Position numbers and translations under genes: made by a program. From Blastocatellia bacterium (lineage in GTDB: Bacteria > Acidobacteriota > Blastocatellia > UBA7656), in the NCBI GenBank assembly GCA_963765495.1, contig CAVXWP010000009.1:608001-672000 (forward strand): a stretch of DNA of 64,000 bases, read 5' to 3'. Below the pieces are notes generated by a model, which was given only the letters and a program-made list of their open reading frames with translations, searched no databases and had not been told where the DNA came from. Of the stretch, positions 46,563 to 58,584 are shown piece by piece. Within the stretch, counting starts at the first letter, position 1. Each line of letters opens with the position of its first letter.

Positions 46563-48140
46563 TTAAGAAACTCCCAAAGCGAAAATTTCCGTTTCAAATT
46601 TCTGGATTAAATTAGTAGGCTTGGCTATATCTCCAAGTATTAGTGAAGCAGTCATCAATTCCTCCATCCTGCGATACCGTTTGTCAAGGGACAAAAGATC
46701 ATTAGTTCTTTCCAAAACTGAATAGGCAACATCAATTGGGCTTACATTTTGCTCCTCCCATAGGGATTCTAAAGTTTTCGGATAACAGTAGAAGAGTGTG
46801 AAGAGGCAATGTGCCATATACAGGAATTCTTTCCACTCAGGCTTTGGAACATACCGGGAGTGGAAGGGAAATAAGTCGGGACGTTGGTCCGCATAATCAT
46901 TCTTCTCGACAATATCAGGCACATCAAATAATAGTCTAGTTCGCAAATTATCGCTCTCTATTAGTGATTGATATGCAGCTTTAGCACCAGTGCGGTTGTA
47001 CAAAGTTAGTGTGTTTAGTCTAACTTCCGCCCCGCTGTTTCGAGCCTTCAATGCCATTCTTAGCGTCTCTACTATATCCCCCCCACAGGAATGAGATGGG
47101 GGACTTATCAGAAAAGCACAGGTCGGCAATATACCAGCTTCAGCACATTGGGTCAATTTATAATCAAGCTGTGTTGAATGTTGCAAAAAACTCTTTTGAA
47201 ACGCCTTTTGAGATGACTTGCCAACAGCATCAACACCTGTAAATACAGAGGAACAGCCAGCCCTGGCCATCCAATTTATGACTTTTGCTGTCAACTGAGG
47301 AAATGTTGCATAACAAGTCCAACTCATATCTAATCGAGCAGCTTCTAGTTCTCGGCAGAATTCAATGGCGGAAGAAGAATTATTCAAAAAATTATCTTCT
47401 ACAAAGAATAGGTGATTAATACCCAGTTTCTTAAGGCGATAAATCTCCTCAAGTTTTGTTTCCACATCGAAATCTCTAAAACCGCTATAGTGTGTGGGGC
47501 TATAACAAAAAGTACATTTATATCTACAACCTCGCCCCCCCTCAAAATTGAAAATTCTCAATGGATTTACTTGGAAATACGGCTTCAAATCAACCAAATC
47601 ATAGTCGATGAAAGGCAATTTGCGAAGTCCTATATTTTGCAATTGGCTAGTAAATAGGCTACCTCGACCTTGTAAACCAACTAGCTCTGATACTATATGC
47701 TTTTTGTTCTTAATATGGGCTTCAATTAATTCTTTGAAAGGGGTTTCTCCTTCTCCTTCAATGACGAAATCCACCCAAGGGTATGTGTCCAAGAGGTCGT
47801 TCGCAATGCTAGAGAAATGCGGTCCCCCAAAAACCGTGATGGTGTTTGCCTTCCCTTCTTTTACTAATCGAGCAAGTTCTAACCCTATATGAGAATCAAT
47901 CCCCATCGAAGTGAAGCCATATACATCTGCGTCATGCGCTAGTAATACCTCACTGGCCTTTTGATAAAACGATGAATCCTGAAACTCATCATCAAGGTGA
48001 TAAAGAAGGTTAAAATCCAGAATGCTAACTTCGACGCCCAGATTGCGTGCCACCGTTCCGAGTCTAAGCAACCCTAGTGGTGGACTCAATTCCGTCAAGT
48101 CATAAAGCGATCTGGGAGGATTTACTAAAACAACTTTCAT
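46563..48140 (-). CDS. Cobalamin-binding radical SAM enzyme
   Basis: N-terminal B12 domain (PPLGL, GGPH, GEGE) and CxxxCxxC (RGCRYKCTFC), FVEDNF. Confidence 0.92.
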   Translation of the reverse strand: MKVVLVNPPRSLYDLTELSPPLGLLRLGTVARNLGVEVSILDFNLLYHLDDEFQDSSFYQKASEVLLAHDADVYGFTSMGIDSHIGLELARLVKEGKANTITVFGGPHFSSIANDLLDTYPWVDFVIEGEGETPFKELIEAHIKNKKHIVSELVGLQGRGSLFTSQLQNIGLRKLPFIDYDLVDLKPYFQVNPLRIFNFEGGRGCRYKCTFCYSPTHYSGFRDFDVETKLEEIYRLKKLGINHLFFVEDNFLNNSSSAIEFCRELEAARLDMSWTCYATFPQLTAKVINWMARAGCSSVFTGVDAVGKSSQKAFQKSFLQHSTQLDYKLTQCAEAGILPTCAFLISPPSHSCGGDIVETLRMALKARNSGAEVRLNTLTLYNRTGAKAAYQSLIESDNLRTRLLFDVPDIVEKNDYADQRPDLFPFHSRYVPKPEWKEFLYMAHCLFTLFYCYPKTLESLWEEQNVSPIDVAYSVLERTNDLLSLDKRYRRMEELMTASLILGDIAKPTNLIQKFETEIFALGVS

Positions 48141-48214
48141 AGTATTAGACAGTCTAAGTTTGTTGAAATCCTGGTGGATTGTATCCCACCGTAGTCAACA
48201 TAGCAATAATCCAT
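48137..48214 (-). CDS. 25-aa peptide translationally coupled to the radical SAM gene
   Basis: GAAAGGGA RBS; MDYCYVDYGGIQSTRISTNLDCLIL; its stop overlaps the rSAM start (ATGA). Confidence 0.4.
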   Translation of the reverse strand: MDYCYVDYGGIQSTRISTNLDCLIL

Positions 48215-48243
48215 AATTGATCCCTTTCACATAGAATCTTTGT

Positions 48244-48780
48244 TCATTTACTTAATGAGCCGAAATCATCAAGCCTGGCTTCAAGATAACTACGTGTAAG
48301 ATTGCGGTAAGTTGTAGTACCCTTGGCTAACAACCTCAACGCCTCATCAGTAAGTTCCTTCTTTACTATTGCCGGTATACCTGCCGCTAGGAATCATCGC
48401 GGAATTCTTGTGCCCGGCCTGACTACGCTGCCTGCTGCAAGCATGGCTTGTTCTTCCACCACTGTGTTTTCCAGCACAATGGCGCCCATGCCAACAATTG
48501 CGCCTGATTCAATAGTGCAGCCTTCCAGGAGTGCGCCATGCCCAATTGTCACTTCGTCAGCTAATATGGTTGGGTACTCAGGAGAAGTATGGAGTACAGC
48601 ATTGTCTTGAATATTGCTATTGCGGCCTATAGTGATTTTGCCATCATCACCACGCAACACTGCGCCATGCCAAACACTTGAGCCATCGCCAATTACCACG
48701 TCCCCAATTATTACAGCAGTTGGGGCAATGAATACGCCTTTTCCTATTGATGGTCTTTTGCCTTCAAATTCGAAAATCAT
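48244..48780 (-). pseudogene. Gamma-carbonic anhydrase-like (YrdA/PaaY/CaiE) hexapeptide protein with an in-frame TGA
   Basis: IGDVVIG, LRGD, NIQDN..LH, TIGH; TGA at 48396-48394 is followed in frame by the expected FLAAGIPA.VKKEL and C-terminal helix. Confidence 0.8.
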
Positions 48781-49291
48781 ACGCACTCCTTAGTCACTGT
48801 CATTCTTAGCCTAGTATGCTTTGTGAGCAACCTTCGATGCAAGGTGAGAGCAAATAGAACTTAAAATCAAAATCGAACTGCTACAAACGCTTCAAAAGGT
48901 GCTTGGACCCTCTTGTGGGTATAGTATACGGTCAGCAATTTCCGACATTCAAGAATTAAGGTAACTCACTCAACCAGCAAACAATGCGAAATGCCCCTGA
49001 AGAATCCTATAGTCACTATTGATAGACGCATCAGCACACAGATTTTTTGCAAGTATTATTGTCTGGCGGACTCTATAGAGGCTTCAAAAAAGTATGAGAT
49101 GGGAAGGGCCGTTAGAAGATGGAAGGTTGTATTTACCCTGCTCAGATTCTTTGGTATGATGCGGAAGTCCTCGGTGTGTATTATCTCAGGGTATTCACAA
49201 CCTTCCGGTAATCGAGGCTTATTCAGCCACCATATCGGTGTATTGTGCAGATTTTGAAGGAAGCAGCTTACGGCCTGCCAGAGGCAAAAGT

Positions 49292-49420
49292 AAAGAACCC
49301 CGCCGCAAGCAGCGGGGCTTTGCAGCGGAGCCGGATTATTTATCTGTATCATCTTGGCGATGGCATCGAGCCTGCCGCCAAGATCGTTTATTCATCCCCG
49401 CCGCAAGCAGCGGGGATTTA
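49292..49420. mobile_element. IS200/IS605-like non-autonomous remnant (paired hairpins)
   Basis: Hairpin CCCCGCCGCAAGCAGCGGGG is directly repeated at 49298-49317 and 49396-49415. Confidence 0.6.
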
Positions 49421-49448
49421 AGCGTATTACTAAAACGGTGACTCAAGT

Positions 49449-51198
49449 ATGCCAAAGACTGATATTTCGGTTTCTGAGCTTGTGGAAATGATTTCCAGAG
49501 GGGAACTTCGTCTCCCCGAAATGCAACGGCGCTATGTCTGGACCTCGACTCGTGTGCGCGATCTGCTTGACTCGCTCTATCGCGCCTACCCTTCCGGCAG
49601 CATACTCGTTTGGGAGACGGATCAAGCACAGCCCAGTAGAAATCTGGCAGTGCAACAAGCTTTTAGCCCGTTCGCCGGTCACAAACTCTTGCTGGATGGT
49701 CAACAGCGCCTCACTTCCCTTTCCGCTGTATTAAGAGGCGAACCTGTTATTGTGAAGAATAGAAAGCGGCCTATTGATATAGCTTTCAATCTGGATCATC
49801 CCGATGGACCGCCCGCTGAAATCCTTGAGATTGAGGACGATTCTACTTCTATGAACGGTGATGACGAAACCATAATGGAAGGTGAAGACGATGAGTACAC
49901 GCCTTCGATTCAAGAACGCCTCAGACAGCGTACCTTTGTCGTAGCCAGCCGCGCACTGTTGTCCTCGCCATCCTGGGTTTGGTTTCGGATATTTTCAAGG
50001 GAGAGCGAGCGACTGGCAACTGGTAAAGGGTCTGGTCTCTTCGCCTGATGATCCTGGTTATGAAGTTTATACCCGCCGTCTTCAAGCAGTAAGAGCCATT
50101 CGCAATTATATGTATGTCATGCAAATCCTTCCGCGAGACTATTCCTATGAAGAGGTCACGGAAATATTTGTGCGCGTCAACTCTCTGGGCATCAAGCTTC
50201 GCGGTTCGGACTTGGCTCTGGCTCTCGTCACCGCAAAATGGCCTAATTCGTTAAAGCTATTCGAGGAGTTCATTGATGAGTGTGAGGAAAGCTGGTTTAC
50301 GCTCGACCTCGGCCTGATCGTTCGCACTCTGGTTGTTTTCGCAACTCAGCAGAGCCGCTTCCGCACCGTAAGCTCATTGTCAAAGGAAGTGCTGGAAACC
50401 GCATGGGAGAAAACAAAAGATGGATTGCGATTCTCGATCAATTACTTAAAGGCAAACGCGGGCATCGAAGATGAAACGCTTCTTTCTTCGCCGTTCCTGA
50501 TGATTCCTATCGCCGTCCTGAGCGTGTTACGCGATGAGCGGTTATCGAGTGAAGATGAGCGCAATCTGTTAAGGTGGCTATACATCGCTAATGCTCGCGC
50601 TCATTATTCCAGTTCGAGCGAAACAAAACTGGATGCGGATCTGAATCTTCTCTTTCGCGGAAACGGGCCTGAAAGCTTGATGGGGCCTTTGGAGAGCCAG
50701 TTTGCCCGATTGATTATCGAGCCATCCGATTTTACGGGCCGTGGAGCGCGTAGCGCCCTATTCTCATTAGCCTATCTGGCGCTCAAGCACGCGGGCGCAA
50801 AGGATTGGTTTTCGGGGCTTGGTCTATCGCTTACTCATCAGGGCAGATACCATTTCATTCAGTTCCATCATATCTTCCCAAAATCGCTGCTGCAAAAAGC
50901 CGGATATGAAAAGGCTGAGATTAACGAGATTGCCGACATGGCTTTCATCACCGGTCGAACGAATCGCCGTATATCCAACAAAGCCCCGATTGATTACTTC
51001 AAAGATATAATTGCTCAACGTGGCCAGAAAGCATTGATCCAACAGCAAATCCCTATGGATGAAAAGTTATGGAAAATAGAGAATTATCGGGAATTTCTTG
51101 AAGAACGCAGAAAGCTTCTGGCCTCAATAATCAATGAGTTTATAAACCGGGCCTATGAGACAGGGGCCGTAGCGATGATTCAAACTGACAAAGACTGA
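49449..51198 (+). pseudogene. DUF262 (GmrS-like) + HNH-like C-terminal domain, GmrSD-type restriction protein, frameshifted
   Basis: LPEMQRRYVW, LLDGQQRLT, IFVRVNS.G, HHIFPK...N; split between 49449-50048 and the 50110 frame. Confidence 0.8.
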
Positions 51199-51245
51199 AC
51201 CTTCAGTAGCTCTCAATTAAACAACCGGACCAAGAAAGGGTAGAG

Positions 51246-54200
51246 ATGCCGAGAAAGAAATCATCGAAGACTTCGGAAACTTCCGTAATAGATTATCGCC
51301 ACGAGGCAAAACGAAAGACAACCCGCCCGCAGGAATAGCTGCACGAGGCATGGTGCGCGAATCTCCAAAGGTCGTCTATGAGTATAATCCTCATCTGCCG
51401 CCTGTCTTGCGCTCGGACCCTACAGCAAGCTCAGATGTATTGCCCGAACTATTGAACATAGCGCGCACTCGCGCACTGACGGCCGAAGAGGCCGAGACGC
51501 TGGCCAATGCCCTACGTAACCACGAGCCGTGGCTTGAATGGGCAGGCAAGCGCGAGAAGAAAAGTTTTGAAGTTGATCCGGTTGCGCTCCACATCCACGA
51601 GCGCATCTCGACACAGGCAATCCTCAAGGTGGCAAAGCGCGAGGATGTTCAGCGGTCGCTGTTTGCCGACCCAGAGCAGGATTACCGCGAGGCCGTTCAG
51701 TTCTATCAGCACGATGTAGACTGGACAAACCGGATGATACTCGGAGATTCGCTGCAAGTAATGGCGAGCCTTGCGCGAAGAGAAGACCTCGCGGGCAAGG
51801 TGCAGATGATCTACATCGACCCGCCGTATGGGATCAAGTTCGCGTCAAACTTTCAGCCCGAAATAGGGAAGCGCGATGTTAAGGACAAAGAGAGCGACCT
51901 GACGCGCGAGCCTGAAACGGTGAAGGCATATCGAGATACTTGGACGCTCGGCGTGCATTCATATCTGGCGTATTTGCGTGATCGGTTTATTTTTGGCGAA
52001 AGAATTGCTCGCGGATACAGGTAGCATCTTCGTGCAGATTGGAGATGAGAATCTTCATCACGTCAGAGAGTTGCTGGATGAGATATTCGAAGCGCAAAAT
52101 TTTTGCAGTGTAATAACACTTGTTAAAACCGCTGGACAAAGTGCCGAGCTTGTTCCTAATGTATGTGATTATCTGCTCTGGTATGCAAAATCAAAAGAGG
52201 ATATAACATTCAATCAAACCTTTCGAGAAAAGATAGCTACCCCAGAAGAAGCTGGTCATTACAGTTGGGTGTTGTCGCCAAATGGAGAAATGCGAGGGCT
52301 TCGAAAAGAGGAACGTGAGGGAAAATCAGTTTTGCCAGAAGGCGCGAAGCTATACGCCCCTACCTCGCTTACCTCACAGGGTGGCAGTTCCGAAGGTCCA
52401 TTTCCGTTTGATTATGCAGGGCAGACATATACAATTCCTGTACGTGATCACTGGAAGACAAACTTACAAGGCATGGCGAGGCTGGCTCAAGCAGACAGAA
52501 TTCATATCGCTGCAAACAGTGTCCGATTTGTTCGATTCCTGGATGATTTTCCTGCGATACCACATACAAATTTTTGGGATGATACCGCTACCGGCAATTT
52601 TACAGAAACAAAAGTTTATGTCGTTCAAACAGCTACGAAAATCATCGAACGCTGCCTTCTAATGTCAACAGACCCAGGCGACCTTGTGCTTGATCCGACC
52701 TGCGGAAGTGGCACGACAGCTTTTGTTGCAGAACACTGGGGTAGACGATGGATCACGATTGATACCAGCCGCGTAGCTCTCGCTCTGGCTCGTCAAAGAT
52801 TGATGACCGCAACTTTTCCCTTCTACACGGTTAAAGATAGTAATGAGCAAACAGATGATACAGCCAATCCCGCCAAAGGCTTTGTCTATAAAACTGTCCC
52901 GCATATCACGCTCAAAAGCATTGCCCAGAACGTCGCCCTTGATTCCATTTTCGCAAAACATCAACCTCTGCTCGATGCGAAGCTCAATCATCTCAACCAC
53001 GCGCTGAAATCTGTATCATCAGAATTGCGTCAAAAGTTGCTGACAAAACTTAAAGAGAAAGAGAAACGCGACGGCAAGCGGTCTGTCACCGACGCCGACC
53101 GCAGACGTTGGATTTTGCCTAAAGGCGAGTGGATGGAGTGGGAAGTTCCATTCGATACGGATGAGGATTAGCCCGATCAACTCAAGACGGCTCTCGAAGA
53201 GTATCGCGCTGTCTGGCGCTCAAAGATGGATGAAGTTAATGATTGCATCGCCGCAAGCGCCGATCAGGAAGAACTCGTTGACCAACCCGAAATCGAGCGC
53301 AAGGTTGTGCGCGTCTCCGGCCCGTTCACAATGGAAGCCGTTATGCCCGCCGAAGAATCGCTCGAATGGGAATCGCCCATTGGCGGTCAACCCGACGAGC
53401 TTGAAACCTTTAATCAACAGGCCGAGGCCGAAGATGATCCCATCAATGCCGAAGCCTACCTCGACAAGATGCTCAGATTGCTCCGCGCCGATGGGGTCCG
53501 TTTTCCTAATAACAAAGTCGCCGAGTTTACTCGACTGGAAGCGATCAGCGGCGGCGAGTATCTTCACGCCGAAGGCGAATGGGAATCCGAAGACGGGCAG
53601 GCGCGAGCCGTCGCCGTATCCTTTGGCCCGCAATTCGGACCCGTGACCGCCTTTCAGGTTGAGAACGCATTGCGTATGGCCTACCGTAGAGGATTCGATG
53701 AACTGGTCTTTGCGGGGTTTAGTTTCGACGCCTCGGCTCAGGCTATAATTCAAGATGATACAAATCCGAATGTGCGATCTCATCTGGCTCACATTCGCCC
53801 CGATGTGAACATGGGCGATCTGCTGAAAGAGACTCCAAATAGCCAGATATTTACGGTGTTCGGCAGCCCGCGCACAAGTATTGACCAGACGGATGAAGGG
53901 CTATTCGTAATCGAGATGGAAGGCGTGGACATCTATAACCCCGTAGACAATACCCTCCTCCCCACGAACGCCGATAAAGTAGCCGCATGGTTTTTGGACG
54001 CCGATTATGATGGGCGGACGTTCTGCATCACTCAGGCATTCTTTCCAGACAAGAGCGCGTGGAAGAAACTGGAACGAGCCTTAAAGGGTGTGATTGACGA
54101 AGATCATTTCGATGTTTTCAGCGGCACTACATCCCTGCCCTTTCCGGCAGGCAAGCATAAACGAGCGGCGGTAAAAGTGATTGACCCGCGAGGCAACGAG

Positions 54201-54257
54201 GTCATGCGCGTTCACAGGTTATTCGGCAAAGGGGAGGCGCGATATGGTGACTCCTAA
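51246..54257 (+). pseudogene. mod: Type III R-M DNA methyltransferase, disrupted
   Basis: YIDPPY and VLDPTCGSGTT motifs; frameshifts near 51320 and 51990; in-frame TAG at 53169-53171 (DED*PD). Confidence 0.85.
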
Positions 54258-57200
54258 TCAGCTTGAAATACCCGTTCAACCTGTCAACAAGCCTATCCTC
54301 TGTAATCCTTATGATGAGCCGGACAAGCACTGGCTTTATGATACGGTCACAGGCGAAGCGAGGGAGGAACCGGGCAGGCGACCCGCGAGTTACTGGTTTA
54401 AAACACAGCGAACCGGCGCTGTGCAGGCGCAACTGTTTGCCGAAGAAGAACGCGACGATCTTCCTCTGGTCAATGCCTTGCGCGCCGACGTGGGCCGATG
54501 GCGAAGATCGAACTACGAAGGCGCGACACAGGTAACAAAGACTCTGCTCGCCTATTGGGCGCGCGAAGACCGCCCGCGCCGCTTCTTCTTTTGCCAGCGC
54601 GAGGCCGCAGAGACGATCATTTATTTGACGGAAATCTCTCGTCCGGTAAGCGATCCAGATGGAAACCCGATGTGAGTCTTGACGATTACCGGCGACTTCT
54701 CAAAGGCGAGCGACCTTCGTTTCTGGGGACGGGAGCACAGCTTAGAGTTTATCCCGCACTAATTGACCACCCGAACGAATCGGGGTTAGAGGCTCTAACT
54801 CGCTATGGCTCAAAGATGGCAACGGGCAGCGGAAAAACCGTTGTGATGGCAATGCTCGTTGCGTGGGCCTTCTGCAATCGTGGCCGTGTGCCGGGCGATG
54901 AGCGTTTCCATCGGCGGCGCTCGTAGTCTGCCCAAATCTGACAGTCAAGGAGCGGTTGCAGGTTTTGCGGCCTGATAACGAAGACAATTACTATTCGGCC
55001 TTTGATGTTGTGCCTTCGCAATTGATGCCTGAGCTAAAGAAGGGCAAAGTGCTTGTGACAAACTGGCATTTGTTCGCGCCCGAATCCGACATGTAGAAGG
55101 CGGCAAGAGTTATACGGTTGTCAACAAGGGGCCGGAAGGCCCCGATGCATTCGCCCGGCGAGTGCTCGGAGACCTTTACGACCGCGCGCCTGTGATGGTC
55201 TTAAACGACGAGGCGCGTCATGCCTACCGCCCCGCACCCGTAGAGGAAACCGAGCGACTAAACGCAGCCGAAAAGGCCGAACGCGAAGAGGCTACTGTCT
55301 GGGTGTCTGGATTGGACAAAATCAATCAGGCTTGCGGTGTGCGGTTCTGCGTAGACCTTTCGGCAACGCCATTTTACTTGCAGGGCAGCGGCTATATCGA
55401 AGGCTCGCCTTTACCCTGGCTGGTCAGCGATTTCGGGCTTGTTGATGCTATCGAGTCGGGCATAGTCAAAATTCCTCGCCTGCCTGTGAGCGACACAACG
55501 GGGCGACCTGAACCAAAATACTTTGCCCTCTGGAAACATATCACTGATCGTCTTCAACCGGGCGAGAAGCTCCCCGGTGGCAAACCTAAGCCTGAGATAG
55601 TATGGCGCGAAGCCGAAGACGCGCTCATCACTCTTGCCAGCCAGTGGAAGGAGCGATACGAGTACATCGAGCAAGCCTCATCTGAAAAGGAGAAGACGCC
55701 GCCCGTGATGATAATAGTCTGCGATAACACGGACATCGCGGAATTGTTTTACAAGAACATATCAGGCGAAGATGTTATAGAAGTTGTGCCGGAGGATGAC
55801 GACGAAGAGGATGAAGAAGACAGACCTCGACGCAGGCGAAAGAAGAAGGCCAAAACCAAAACCGTTTACGGGACAGGCAAGATATTCCCTGAACTCTTCT
55901 CGAATCGAGAGGGCTTTCGCGCTACGTTGCGAATAGATTCCAAGTTATTGGCCGAAGCTGAGAGCGAAGACCCGAAGGTCAGCCGTAGCGATGCCGCAGA
56001 AGAACTCCGCGAGATTGTCGCAACCGTGGGCAAACCGGGCAAGCCGGGCGAACAGGTGCGCTGTGTCGTGTCTGTGCAGATGTTGACCGAAGGCTGGGAT
56101 GCAAACAACGTAACTCACATTCTTGGGTTGCGAGCATTCGGCAGCCAGTTATTATGCGAGCAGGTTGTCGGGCGCGGATTGCGAAGGATGGATTACACGC
56201 CTGACCCTGAAACGGGAAGGCTCACCGAAGAGTATGTAGACGTTTACGGCATACCGTTTTCAGTCATTCCCTTCAAAGGAAGAAAGCCAAACAGCCTGCG
56301 CCCGAAGACAAACCAAAAAATCAGGTTCGAGCCATGCCTGAGCGAAGTCAATATGAAATGCGTTTTCCTGTCATCGAAAGATATGCCTTCGCCTTGCGCT
56401 CAAATCTTATTAAAGCGGACATCGGCAAAATGCAAATGCTTGTTTTGCAGCCATCGCACACGCCAACGGCCATATTCGTGAAACCACAGGTAGGCATTCA
56501 GATGGGAAGCCCGAATATTGGGGGCGGGTTTGAGTTTGACGAGCAAGACCGGGAAGCCTATTACACGAGTACGCATTTGCAGACCATCAAATTCGAGATA
56601 GCCCGGCAGGTAGTCTATGCTCTGACGGAGGGAGTCGGTGAGGCGCGGCCCCGGTTGCGGCTTCAATCGCGTCATCAGTTATTTCCACAGGTAATGCGAC
56701 TGGTCGAAGATTACGTTAGCCGAAAAGTTGATTTTCATGGATGTCATTCGTGCGAACTGGGATTGGAAACATACGTCAAGCGCACGGTCGAGCGATTGCT
56801 TGATGCCATCGAGCCGGATGATGAAAAAGGCGAGCCTCCGCTCCTGCCGATCCTCAATCGCTACAAACCAATCGGGTCAACGTCGTCGGTGGATTTCAAG
56901 ACCACACGGCCCTGTTACCACACAGCAAAGAGCCACATCAACTTGGTGGCTGCCGATACAGCGACGTGGGAACAATCTGCGGCATTTAGACTTGAGCAAT
57001 CGAAGAATGTCGCTTTCTATGCTCGCAATGACCATCTTGAATTTGTAATCCCGTATGAATACTTGGGAATCGGTCATGCCTACACTCCCGACTTCATAGT
57101 GCGGCTGGCTAACGGTGTGACTCTCGTGCTGGAAATTAAGGGCTACGAGGACGACCAGGACCGGGCCAAGCATCAATCCATGCAACGATGGATTTCAGCC

Positions 57201-57299
57201 GTCAATAATTGGGGCAAACTCGGTCGGTGGGCTTTTCATGTCTCGAAAGACCCAGATATGTTGGGGCGGGAATTGGAATGGATTGTCCGTGATACTTGA
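54244..57299 (+). pseudogene. res: Type III restriction endonuclease/helicase, multiply frameshifted
   Basis: KMATGSGKT, NDEARH (DEAH variant), LSATP, MLTEGWD, QVVGRGLR, YTPDF...LEIKG; split over at least 5 frame segments. Confidence 0.85.
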
Positions 57300-57349
57300 T
57301 ACCATTACCTCCTTCCAAAATTCATCTGCTACGGATTCTTGGCCACTCC

Positions 57350-58273
57350 TCATTTCGCCACTCTAAACCGCCGCGAGCCAGTAACTACTGATCCATCCTG
57401 TCGCTGACCCTTTACAGGCTCTATTCTTATACTTTCTTCTGGTGATTTCGGTGCAAGTTGCTTTGGCTCTGGTTTCGTTGCCCTTTTGCTGTGCTTGCGC
57501 CTGTTGACACTGTTAGACTCTTTCCTTGCCGGTTTCTTTCTCTGTTTATTCTTCTGCACATTTACCTGCTGCCCGCCATCGGCTGCGATATTTACCTGCT
57601 GCGGGTTATTGATCGTCACCGGCAGATTGTAGCGCCGTAAATCACGCAATTGGCGAAGAGTCCGCAGGAATAACCGATTATATCTATCTGCCATCTCAGT
57701 AGCCTGTTGCGCATCTGCATCCCCAGTCACAGAAACCGCTCTCCACTTGCCTCCTCTTTCTTTTATCTGATACGTCTCTTCTTGACATTCTATCGCCACT
57801 CGCTGCACCGAAAGCTCCATCCAGTGCTCATACGTCGTGTAGAGGTGCGCCATCATCTCGATCAGCCTCATCTCTATACTTCCTGTCGGCCTCCAATCAG
57901 TAATGAATGATTCGCGTAGTGCCAGATAGCGAGCCTTTATCCAGGGGCGCATCATCGAACTTGCAACGACATCGGCCGCTCGTTCCCCGCTTTCCAGGTC
58001 TTCACGAGCAAGCTGTTTGATATGGTCGTAAACCTCAAATCCCGTTCCCGGCTCAACCTGCTCCGCATAGGAAAGCTCACGCCATTCAATACCGGCAGGG
58101 GCAGCATCAAGGAGTTGTTGTTTGTCGTAGCGAGCATAACCAAGGCCACCAATGCGTCCTTCGGCATCAGCTTTCAATGCCCTCCAATAAGCATCCGCCA
58201 TGCGGTGGGCGAGTGGTTCGATTTCCATCTCGATTAAGGCAGTAGGTGTTTCAGTTTTTTTTCTTGCGGACAT
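57350..58273 (-). CDS. Hypothetical protein of the island core module
   Basis: GGAGG RBS before MSARK; helical, with QQVN repeats and a basic tail. Confidence 0.75.
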   Translation of the reverse strand: MSARKKTETPTALIEMEIEPLAHRMADAYWRALKADAEGRIGGLGYARYDKQQLLDAAPAGIEWRELSYAEQVEPGTGFEVYDHIKQLAREDLESGERAADVVASSMMRPWIKARYLALRESFITDWRPTGSIEMRLIEMMAHLYTTYEHWMELSVQRVAIECQEETYQIKERGGKWRAVSVTGDADAQQATEMADRYNRLFLRTLRQLRDLRRYNLPVTINNPQQVNIAADGGQQVNVQKNKQRKKPARKESNSVNRRKHSKRATKPEPKQLAPKSPEESIRIEPVKGQRQDGSVVTGSRRFRVAK

Positions 58274-58565
58274 AGGACTCAACCTCCCTGAGTTCGATTT
58301 GCAGATTTCTCCAAAGTTCAAAGTCAATATTTATCGTTTGCCTGATTCGGCGATTGGCTTGGCACAGATCACGAACGCGCTCAACATCACTCTTCCTGAC
58401 GTAAGCCTTGCGGAGTCTGCCGTCTTCGCGCCAGAAGCAATAGAAGTAGGGACCGTGAAGTTCGCCATTTGCACACTTGCATCCTGATTTGCCACATCGC
58501 ACGTATTGAGGGCAGAGGGCAGCAGGCAGATTCTTAGGTAACATTTCGGCTGTTTTTGTTTTCAA
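58251..58565 (-). CDS. DUF6788-like Cys/His protein
   Basis: VRCGKSGCKC..GELHGPYFY. Confidence 0.75.
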   Translation of the reverse strand: MKTKTAEMLPKNLPAALCPQYVRCGKSGCKCANGELHGPYFYCFWREDGRLRKAYVRKSDVERVRDLCQANRRIRQTINIDFELWRNLQIELREVESYVRKKKN

Positions 58566-58584
58566 TCCCGAACCTCATTTCTGG

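Noticed and set aside
48154-48201. MLTTVGYNPPGFQQT, resembling the GHNLPG core of the 42728 peptide
   Set aside because: No RBS or signal peptide; it overlaps a better-supported ORF; likely coincidence
48394-48396. Selenocysteine recoding of the TGA
   Set aside because: The position is not a Cys site in this family and no SECIS-like hairpin was recognised
51980-51996. Phase-variable simple repeat in mod (phasevarion)
   Set aside because: Only short T runs; several other lesions exist in the gene
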